Positions 28,161 through 35,681 of a stretch of DNA of 64,000 bases are shown here, in pieces (the first letter of the stretch is position 1; every line of letters begins with the position of its first letter). The translations under genes were made by a program, and so were the position numbers. The notes under the pieces were generated by a model that was not told the DNA's origin, searched no databases, and saw only the letters and a program-made list of their open reading frames with translations. This stretch comes from an uncultured Bacteroidales bacterium (GTDB lineage Bacteria > Bacteroidota > Bacteroidia > Bacteroidales > Paludibacteraceae): positions 424-64,423 of the forward strand of contig ONEG01000006.1 in the NCBI GenBank assembly GCA_900316845.1. The letters run 5' to 3'.

Positions 28161-28798
28161 AAGTTTCCAAATAGAATATTCTTGATTTGTTTGGCGGCTT
28201 GTTCGTTGCAGCGATGCCCGAATTTGGCATTCCAATAGATCTCATAGCCCAAGGATTCCAAGATAGCTGCGTTTTTCTTCGAGAACTCACGCCCAATCAG
28301 TTCGTCGTCCGTGGAGAATAATGCAATATTCCGTGTTCAGGGAATAGGCGTATGGGTCTCGCGGAATGTAATAAACTGGCGTATCATCGGTTCGTCAATA
28401 GTATATTCCGTCTCGCCATTCTCCCGTGGTTGCAGATAGGGATGCTTGCCATAGCCAATCTTACGAAGCACCCGCTCTATCTCAATACACGGATTGACGG
28501 CTACTTTGATGGCATTCGGACTGTTGACATACATTGCCAACAATCCGCCCATCGATGTGCCGGCAATCAGAGCCGGCTGGAATGCAGCAACCCACTCATT
28601 CAATATATCTGATGATTCAAACGGGTTATGCGTTATTTCCGGCGACAGCCATTCATAAGCATCCAAACTGCGCGCCAGAGAGGATTTCGTTCCAGACGCC
28701 GCGCTGGATCCTAAGCCGTGAATATATAGTGCGTACGGCTTTTGTGCCGGAGTGCCATAATAGAAAGATTTATTCATTTCATCAAATAACATAAGCAA
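28157..28798 (-). pseudogene. YqiA/YcfP-like alpha/beta hydrolase interrupted by one in-frame TGA (28337..28339)
   Basis: The N-terminal part has YIHGLGSS and the nucleophile elbow GTSMGG. After the TGA the same frame continues TRNIALFSTDDELIG...KFGHRCN, supplying the Asp and His of the triad, and reaches a stop at 28157. Confidence 0.7.
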
Positions 28799-29356
28799 TT
28801 AAAACGCATAGCCCGTTAGTTCTGGGTTGCGGAGTGATTCATGTTGTGCGAGTTGACAGAACCAATATAAAGCCTCATCCTTATCGCAGCAGCGTTCATC
28901 CTTGGCAAGGATCTCCGCCAAGAACAGCTGACCACGCTGCTCTCCTTGTGTAGCTGCCTCTTTCAGCCACGACAAAGCGTCAGACAAATTAGGTTCTGTT
29001 CCGACTCCTTTGTACAAACACATTCCTACTGCTGTCATCGCTTCTGCGCATCCTCGGTTAGCCGCTTTGCGATACCATGCAAAGGCCAGTTTCTCATCTT
29101 TGGCATCTGCGACTTTCCCTCCGAGACAGCCTGTCTCATGGATGACTCCCATATTGTATTGTGCGGTCGGGAATCCCTGTTCTGCCGATAAGCGAATCAA
29201 TTCAAACGGGTCTTCATTAACTTCCACACCATCCGGCAATTGAGAGTTCAGAATCCAAATCCCCAATAAGTTTTGGCTCAAGGCATTCCCTTCCCTGGCT
29301 CGCTTCAGCGTACCTTCAAAGGTAGATATTTCATTATCATTCTCTTGGGTCGTCAT
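28799..29356 (-). CDS. Sel1-repeat (SLR) protein
   Basis: Repeated A..WY.KAA..G...A pattern, for example AFAWYRKAANRGCAEAMTAVGMCL and ALSWLKEAATQGEQRGQ. Confidence 0.85.
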   Translation of the reverse strand: MTTQENDNEISTFEGTLKRAREGNALSQNLLGIWILNSQLPDGVEVNEDPFELIRLSAEQGFPTAQYNMGVIHETGCLGGKVADAKDEKLAFAWYRKAANRGCAEAMTAVGMCLYKGVGTEPNLSDALSWLKEAATQGEQRGQLFLAEILAKDERCCDKDEALYWFCQLAQHESLRNPELTGYAF

Positions 29357-29362
29357 TTGTAT

Positions 29363-29839
29363 TCACTTTTGGCGTTTCTCAAAGCATTTTGTTACTTCCT
29401 GCGGCATGATTTCTTCGTAGCAATCCACGAAGATACGCATGTAATATTCCTGGCTGACAATATGGACAAATACGCTGTCCAGTGCCGATTCGGTGCGATT
29501 CAGTTGCTTAACAAACTCCCCGGAAGCACCTGAGCGCAGAGGCAAAGTTTGCTGATGCAGGTAGGTCTTGGCGTTCTGCAATCGATGCCAGTATCTTGCT
29601 GAATATTCGGGCGGGAAGTTGGGATGTATTTGTGCTCCTATATCTTCCGCCCAGTCGCAGTTGTACGGGCGGTAATAAAGCGTGTCTATCAATGCCCAAT
29701 CTACCGTTGAGCAATTATAAAAGTTCTGCAGAACAGTTTCCGAAGTCTGCTGCTGGCATGGACGGGAACAACTGACCAACACCAATAAGGCAATCAGCAG
29801 AAGTTCCGATACGACTTTTTTTGAAAATTTATAGTTCAT
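29363..29839 (-). CDS. hypothetical lipoprotein
   Basis: The internal Met gives the signal peptide MNYKFSKKVVSELLLIALLVLVSC. Confidence 0.55.
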   Translation of the reverse strand: MNYKFSKKVVSELLLIALLVLVSCSRPCQQQTSETVLQNFYNCSTVDWALIDTLYYRPYNCDWAEDIGAQIHPNFPPEYSARYWHRLQNAKTYLHQQTLPLRSGASGEFVKQLNRTESALDSVFVHIVSQEYYMRIFVDCYEEIMPQEVTKCFEKRQK

Positions 29840-30482
29840 AGGTGTTAATCTTCCCCAAAGGTATATTGCACATTTGTTTTTCCGCACCATTAGGAATAAA
29901 GACTTGTTTCAGGTTCGGGATGTTCGAGAAACTATTATCGCCTATCTCACGCAGAGACGATGGAAAAGTTATTCGTTCCAGTTTGTCATCATACCAGAAT
30001 GCGACTTTTTCTACACGCTTCACTCCATCCGGAATAATGAGTTCTCTACGCCTGAACAGGCTTCGCAGCAAGGTCGTTCCATCTTGAGTCAACACCAACC
30101 CGTCTTGTACTCTGAGATGCGGATTGTGCCTATCAATCGTAATGGAATGCAACTTGGGGCAACAACGGAAATGCCAGTTGAGCAAGTATTGCACCCCTTT
30201 CCCTATATATACACTACGGAGGTTAGGCAGGTGTGTAAATTCATCCTCATCAATATATTCGATTGTATCCGGGAAAACCAAATGCTGCAACGTACGCGGA
30301 CACTTGTATGCCCCAAGTTCCACGGAAGTGATGGCATAACGCACTCCTTCTATATTTACAGAGGAGGGGATTCGGTAAGTCTTGCACCTACCGATATGCC
30401 CATGTTTAATCCAGACGGTATGGTCGTTATCGTCTAATAGATAAACGTATCGACCTATTCTGTATTCTCTCCTTTCTGTCAC
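29829..30482 (-). CDS. BspA-type leucine-rich repeat protein
   Basis: Repeated patterns such as IPSSV..I...AF..C..L..V.FP.SL..IG..AF, e.g. ITFPSSLREIGDNSFSNIPNLKQVFIPNG. Confidence 0.75.
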   Translation of the reverse strand: MTERREYRIGRYVYLLDDNDHTVWIKHGHIGRCKTYRIPSSVNIEGVRYAITSVELGAYKCPRTLQHLVFPDTIEYIDEDEFTHLPNLRSVYIGKGVQYLLNWHFRCCPKLHSITIDRHNPHLRVQDGLVLTQDGTTLLRSLFRRRELIIPDGVKRVEKVAFWYDDKLERITFPSSLREIGDNSFSNIPNLKQVFIPNGAEKQMCNIPLGKINTYEL

Positions 30483-30485
30483 ACT

Positions 30486-31325
30486 TTATTTTCCCCAGCC
30501 GGCATCTTTGAGTTTTTTGACGATCAACTCAGGACTTTCCCATACATCCACATAAGGAATGCCTTCGCAAAGGAATCGTTTGTCTTTTTCCGACAATTCT
30601 TTGGAAAGTAGTCCTATGAGATACAAGCGGCTCCCTTTGTATTGGTGAGATTCATAGCAATTCAGCTCAATTTCCTCAACATACGTAACTGCTGCAGCAT
30701 GCAAAATAATGGACTTGCTCCAGAATTCATCCCGCCGGCTCCCATCATTGTTAAAACGAGGCGCCTCTGTCAATCTAACCAACTTGCCATCAGCCGGCTC
30801 TTCATTGGGTTGAGGAGCACGGAAGAACAGATGATTGTTTTTCGCCTTGTCTGTGCCTTCTATCTTCACATTCTCGTAATAGTTGTTGATATAAAAATCA
30901 TAATTCTTAGCTACTATGGAGTCTCTTTCGTCAATGCGCAGTAATTCTATTTCATCTTCAAATCGAATCTCTTTTCTGCAATACTCATCCCCTAAAGATA
31001 TACCGTATTTGTCAGGATTATAACTATTGGCCCATTTGAAAATGTAATACGTTTTTCTCCACCATCTAAAATCTATTTTCTTCTCTCCGCCTTTGGTAAA
31101 AATCACCCCGTCTGACTCCTTTACTGCAGCCTCGTACTTACTACCGATACTGTAGAGCGGGGAACAAAAAACCTTTGCATTCTTATATTCATTGCGAAAC
31201 TCCTTTTCTATTTCTATTACCGAATAAGGAGAGATGCGCTGATCTATGCCATCCACTTGGCAGATGTCCTTACTACACGCATCATAATTGAGCAGCTTAG
31301 ATGGGATTTTTAGTAGATTTTCCAT
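30486..31325 (-). CDS. hypothetical protein (279 aa)
   Basis: First ORF downstream of cassette promoter copy B. No motif recognised. Confidence 0.55.
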   Translation of the reverse strand: MENLLKIPSKLLNYDACSKDICQVDGIDQRISPYSVIEIEKEFRNEYKNAKVFCSPLYSIGSKYEAAVKESDGVIFTKGGEKKIDFRWWRKTYYIFKWANSYNPDKYGISLGDEYCRKEIRFEDEIELLRIDERDSIVAKNYDFYINNYYENVKIEGTDKAKNNHLFFRAPQPNEEPADGKLVRLTEAPRFNNDGSRRDEFWSKSIILHAAAVTYVEEIELNCYESHQYKGSRLYLIGLLSKELSEKDKRFLCEGIPYVDVWESPELIVKKLKDAGWGK

Positions 31326-31391
31326 ATGCTATTAAATTTTTAAAGTTTCGCCCCCTTCTTTGTTCGGCATTGGGGCACTTTCCGATTTTGC

Positions 31392-31477
31392 GCGGCAAAG
31401 ATAATACTTTATTTTCAAATAAAAAAATAGAAGTTAATCTTTTTTGCAATAAGCCCTAATTAGCCATAAAGGTATTA
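31392..31477. repeat. cassette junction/promoter element, copy B
   Basis: Reads gcggcaaagataatactttattttcaaataaaaaaatagaagttaatcttttttgcaataagccctaattagccataaaggtatta. The -7 box TATCTTTG is the complement of 31396..31403. Confidence 0.9.
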
Positions 31478-31501
31478 ATTTTGCACTTTTAATGAAAAAT
31501 A

Positions 31502-31533
31502 TTTGCACAATTCATTTTATTTTTGTAATTTTG
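31502..31533 (+). promoter_or_regulatory. Bacteroidota-type promoter (TTTG-N20-TAATTTTG) for abiEi/abiEii
   Basis: TTTG lies at 31502..31505 and TAATTTTG at 31526..31533, with the ATG at 31595. Confidence 0.65.
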
Positions 31534-31594
31534 CAGCGGATTTGTTTCTATAGTGTAACAATATCATCACATTACAGAAATAAAACGCGCATTT

Positions 31595-32212
31595 ATGACT
31601 TATCAATCGTTTTATAATCAGTGGCATCATTTGGCTTGTTTTTCTATCACACAAGTGAGGGCAATATATCCGACATTTAACCGCCGGAACTATTCCGAAT
31701 GGCAGAAAGCGGGCTATATCGTTCCTTTGCGTCAAGGATGGTACGCCTTTGCGGATTATGTGAACAAGCCGGATTACGCACGCTATTTAGCGTCAAAGAT
31801 CTATACCCCATCGTATATCAGCCTGCATACCGCCTTGTCCTTTTACGGCATTATCCCGGAAGCAGTGGTAGCCATTACGAGTATCACTACGCGCAAAACA
31901 GCTCAGTTTGAGAACGTCTTTGCGTCTTACAGCTACCAAACAATCAAGCCTTCTCTGTTCTGGGGATATGAGCCCAAGCAACTATCCGACGGAAAGACCT
32001 ATCTATTAGCCACGCCGGAGAAAGCGCTGATTGACCTGCTTTACCTCTATCCGCAGTATTCGACGGAAGAAGAGATGCGTGAGTTGCGTCTGGATGAAGA
32101 TTTCATGCACAACGAGTTAGATAAGGAACGGCTTATCGAATATTCTACTCGCATTGGAAGTCCGATAATCACCAAGCGGGTACAACTCTTGCTCAAAACA
32201 CACGGATTATGA
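31595..32212 (+). CDS. AbiEi-like antitoxin / transcriptional regulator (type IV TA)
   Basis: The N-terminal wHTH-like region and the YISLHTALSFYGIIPE motif are typical of AbiEi_4-type proteins. It has a 4-nt ATGA overlap with the next gene. Confidence 0.8.
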   Translation: MTYQSFYNQWHHLACFSITQVRAIYPTFNRRNYSEWQKAGYIVPLRQGWYAFADYVNKPDYARYLASKIYTPSYISLHTALSFYGIIPEAVVAITSITTRKTAQFENVFASYSYQTIKPSLFWGYEPKQLSDGKTYLLATPEKALIDLLYLYPQYSTEEEMRELRLDEDFMHNELDKERLIEYSTRIGSPIITKRVQLLLKTHGL

Positions 32213-32991
32213 TTGATTTAACATACATACGCGGTTTCTATCCGCCGCAGATTGCCAATAATGCCAACTTTCAGAAGCATTTGCTCAAGGAATACATTGA
32301 GTGTCTGGCAATAGAATGGATTTCACAGTCGGCGTGGTCGGACAAGTTGGCTTTTATCGGCGGCACGAACTTACGGCTGATACAGGGTATTGACCGTTTC
32401 TCCGAAGATTTGGATTTTGATTGCAAGAACCTGAGCCAAGAGGATTTCGTCCAAATGACGGATGGTTTAATGCGCTATCTGACGCTACAGGGTTTAACGG
32501 TCGAGGCACGCGATAAAGAGAATCCGAACTTGACGGCTTTCCGTCGAAATGTCTATTTTCCGGAACTGCTCTTCTCGCTCCAACTAACGGGGCATCGGGA
32601 AGAACGTTTCTTAATGAAGATCGAGGCGCAAGACCAAGGTATCAGTTATCCGCGTGAAATGGCGACAATCAGTCGCTTAGGTTTTTATTTCCCAGTTCCT
32701 GTTCCAACGATTAGCATTCTCTTGTCCATGAAACTATCGGCTCTGTTGACTCGTCAGAAAGGCCGTGATTTTTACGATGTCCTTTTCTTGTGGCAACGCA
32801 CAAAGCCGGATTACGCATTCCTAAAGCAACGCCACGGCATAGAAAACGAGGAGCAGTTACGTACGCAACTCCAGGAAACCGTCGCTCATACGGACCTCAA
32901 AACCAAGCAGCGTGATTTTGAGCATCTGCTCTTTGAGCCCCGCAAAAGCGAGCAGATTCTTCATTTCCTGGAGATAATGGGAATAGCGTAG
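32209..32991 (+). CDS. AbiEii/AbiGii nucleotidyltransferase toxin (DUF1814)
   Basis: Contains the nucleotidyltransferase motif FIGGTNLRLIQGIDRFSEDLDFD. Confidence 0.85.
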   Translation: MIDLTYIRGFYPPQIANNANFQKHLLKEYIECLAIEWISQSAWSDKLAFIGGTNLRLIQGIDRFSEDLDFDCKNLSQEDFVQMTDGLMRYLTLQGLTVEARDKENPNLTAFRRNVYFPELLFSLQLTGHREERFLMKIEAQDQGISYPREMATISRLGFYFPVPVPTISILLSMKLSALLTRQKGRDFYDVLFLWQRTKPDYAFLKQRHGIENEEQLRTQLQETVAHTDLKTKQRDFEHLLFEPRKSEQILHFLEIMGIA

Positions 32992-33024
32992 AATTTTGGA
33001 AACGATTTCAAAGATCACATTTTA

Positions 33025-33062
33025 TTTTTTGCAATTCACCCTAATTAGCCATAAAGGCATTA
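33025..33062. repeat. cassette junction element, partial copy D (direct repeat of 31440..31477)
   Basis: ttttttgcaattcaccctaattagccataaaggcatta matches ttttttgcaataagccctaattagccataaaggtatta at 34 of 38 positions. Confidence 0.9.
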
Positions 33063-33070
33063 GGAGGATA

Positions 33071-33658
33071 CTATTTCAATAGTTTCTCATACTTGCTGAT
33101 TGTGTCGTCAAAATACCACAACTTGCCATTGAGTGCTGGGTCATCGGACTTCTGCAGCATCTCCCGTATCGCGAGTGTAACGTCATATGCGGATTGAAGT
33201 TCTTCCTTAGGAGTTCTGGCATCGCAATAGCAATCCAAGCCGTTCGCGAGAATCCATAACAAGTCTATATCATCATCGGGAAAGCGAATAGAAGCCAATC
33301 GTTTTAACAACTCCGGAGTGATTATTCCCGAATCTTCTTTTTCTTCTCCATTTGAGAAAGAAAGGAATCTCTCTCTGTAGGAATAGTACGGGCTTATAGA
33401 CTTCCTGGACATGGCTAAATCTGTTCCGAAATAATCCTGAATTTCCTTCATTTGCCGGACTAACTGCAAGCGGGTTGCTTCGTCAATAGAGGTGTATGGT
33501 AGTACTTGCAGGAAATCATTAATCATTTCTATGGCCTCGAGTTCATTCTTATAGGTGATAATCATATCCGCGTCAAAACCTTCCACCATATACCATAGCA
33601 ACTTGCGCTGATACAAGTTGTCTATGAACTCTTTTATTTTCTGCTCAAACTCTGTCAT
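33071..33658 (-). CDS. hypothetical protein (195 aa)
   Basis: Last ORF of the co-directional cluster. Its N-terminal ~70 aa are paralogous to the 27921..28160 product. Confidence 0.55.
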   Translation of the reverse strand: MTEFEQKIKEFIDNLYQRKLLWYMVEGFDADMIITYKNELEAIEMINDFLQVLPYTSIDEATRLQLVRQMKEIQDYFGTDLAMSRKSISPYYSYRERFLSFSNGEEKEDSGIITPELLKRLASIRFPDDDIDLLWILANGLDCYCDARTPKEELQSAYDVTLAIREMLQKSDDPALNGKLWYFDDTISKYEKLLK

Positions 33659-33709
33659 GGATTTTTGAGGATGAATGCGGCATTTTCGCCGATTATTTGC
33701 TGTTTTATG

Positions 33710-35590
33710 TTATTTTGATACTCTGTATAATTCCTTCAAAATAACCACCATTGACCAGGTGTCGAGTGCGCAGTATTGGAGCAAGTCTTTGCGTGTTTGT
33801 GCTTCTTTTTCGGGAGACATGTCCTTCATCTTCGGGAAGATCTCCATCGCCTCACCGCCGTTATGCACACAGCCCGGCAATTTGTGATAATTGAGTGTCG
33901 GGTCATCGGGGAATAACGCCGGCAGCACTTTTTTGATGCTGAACGAACCATCCATCGCAGGGCGATAGTAAGCGCCATCGCGGAAGGGATCCAACAGATC
34001 TACGATGTTCTCACGAATCGCCAGTAGATGGTTGCTCAAATCAGGGAAAGCCTTTGCCATCTCTTTGAGACGCGATTTCTCAAAATTATCATTAAATACC
34101 ATAACGGTGACATCCATCGGGATATCTTTGCAGAGCTGCTCTGCTACTTCACGCATCGGATTCGCGCTATGCGCATCGGCGAGGAACTCGAAGTGCTCAC
34201 ATGTGTCGAATTCAGAATGCTGAATATGGAGCGAATACTGCGTAGGAATCTGCTGATAAGGATGCGTACCTTGATATTCAGGAATAGTAGGCTGGATGGT
34301 CTCGAAATCCAAGTGATAGATCGGATATTTTAGCCCCGCCAAGAACGCACGTATCTTCGCTTTGTCGATGATATCAACATTATGCAACGTGCTTTCTATT
34401 TGGATTCGCTGAATCTCATTTTGCTTGTTCTCTTTATTACAAAATTCCTTGTCTGCAAGTATATCCTCAAAAGAAGCTACACCTCTTTTGAAACACTTCA
34501 GCGCCGTTCTCCATTGCATTCCATACAAGTCAAATACACTCGGCGTAGGAACGTGATGCTGCTCCATGCAATAAGCCTTGAACGGGCAGGGATATGGTTT
34601 GTTGCAACCATTATTGAGGTCAGCAGATTCATACGCGAGTATAAGTTCCCTTTTTGCCAATTCAACAGAATCTGCCATCTTGGGAGATTCTGCATCTACC
34701 AATTTGGCCATATCATAGATATTGAACAGTTGCTTTATGTCCAAATCGCCGTCCAGGATATAGTGCTTATCCAACTGCATTAGGTATGTGCCGGTTACAT
34801 CAATGCCACATTTCTTCAACACGTATTTCTGGAAAGAGACATCCCAGATGTAAACCTCATCGGGCTTCTTTTCTTTTTTCTTTTTGGTTTCGTTCTCATC
34901 ATCAAGGTCAGACTCATAATCCTTTGCGGTAGAACTCTTTACCTCATAAATCGCCCATCCGCCTTTCTCGCGATGCAGCAGATCCACGGCACAATAACAG
35001 CCGTTTGCCTCAAACGCCGCTTCGCAGATGGTCTCAACCGAAGGATCAGCCATCAAGCGTTGCGTCTCTTCGAGCATAGCTGCGATATCCAAACTGCCAT
35101 CCGCCCTGCGCTTGGTTGCTTCGTGGTAGGTACCGAAATAGGTTTTCGCGAGATTACCTACTTCTATTCCGGCTTTGATGCGTGATTCCGGAATAGCTTC
35201 CTCAACAGCCTCTTCCGGCTTATTGATTTTCATCCACAAGCATTTCGGGCATTGCCGAAAGGCGGTGTAACGGGATTTGGTTAAGAGGATGGGCTCCGGT
35301 CTCGGCTTTTCAATTGGGTGGTCAAGATCTATCCAAAGTACATCAGCTTCTTGAAGAATAAAGCCGTTCCAAAATTCATACTTGAAATCGTATTCCTGCG
35401 TGAGTGTTTCCTGAAGCCATTGGTTCCAACCTTCTTCGTTGTCGGCATCCTCGGGATATTCTTCCAAGAACTCCTTACGCGCAGCATCTACCGCTTTGCG
35501 GTATTCTGCATATTCTTTCTCATCCAGTTCTATCTCCCATGTATCATACACTTCGGGATAGAATACTTTTGCTTTATAATATGTAGCCAT
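33710..35590 (-). CDS. DUF2779-like protein: Cas4/RecB-type PD-(D/E)xK nuclease with Cys cluster fused to a DEDD-type exonuclease-like domain
   Basis: Contains CPKCLW, then D...IYEVKSS (D/ExK), CNKPYPCPFKAYC, YHLDFETI (Exo I-like DxE), NDNFEKSRL and YCALDTW. Assignments are by motif only. Confidence 0.65.
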   Translation of the reverse strand: MATYYKAKVFYPEVYDTWEIELDEKEYAEYRKAVDAARKEFLEEYPEDADNEEGWNQWLQETLTQEYDFKYEFWNGFILQEADVLWIDLDHPIEKPRPEPILLTKSRYTAFRQCPKCLWMKINKPEEAVEEAIPESRIKAGIEVGNLAKTYFGTYHEATKRRADGSLDIAAMLEETQRLMADPSVETICEAAFEANGCYCAVDLLHREKGGWAIYEVKSSTAKDYESDLDDENETKKKKEKKPDEVYIWDVSFQKYVLKKCGIDVTGTYLMQLDKHYILDGDLDIKQLFNIYDMAKLVDAESPKMADSVELAKRELILAYESADLNNGCNKPYPCPFKAYCMEQHHVPTPSVFDLYGMQWRTALKCFKRGVASFEDILADKEFCNKENKQNEIQRIQIESTLHNVDIIDKAKIRAFLAGLKYPIYHLDFETIQPTIPEYQGTHPYQQIPTQYSLHIQHSEFDTCEHFEFLADAHSANPMREVAEQLCKDIPMDVTVMVFNDNFEKSRLKEMAKAFPDLSNHLLAIRENIVDLLDPFRDGAYYRPAMDGSFSIKKVLPALFPDDPTLNYHKLPGCVHNGGEAMEIFPKMKDMSPEKEAQTRKDLLQYCALDTWSMVVILKELYRVSK

Positions 35591-35681
35591 AGTTAGAAAT
35601 TATTTATTGCCCAAAGGTGGGGTAATGGAATTTGGGTAAGAGATAGGGCGTAGCATTAAAAGTATTAACTATTTAAAGTTG

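Noticed and set aside
26586-28339. Reading the in-frame TGA codons as selenocysteine, or as evidence of a reassigned genetic code
   Set aside because: I see no SECIS-like hairpin immediately downstream of either TGA. Neither protein family is a known selenoprotein. TGA functions as an ordinary stop elsewhere in the window, for example at the end of the permease gene and of the hydrolase itself. The codons are kept as an open observation, but recoding is not claimed.
33062-33067. A second AGGAGG on the plus strand as a ribosome-binding site
   Set aside because: No plus-strand ORF starts within 20 nt downstream. The site lies within the junction-element tail and at the stop region of a minus-strand gene.
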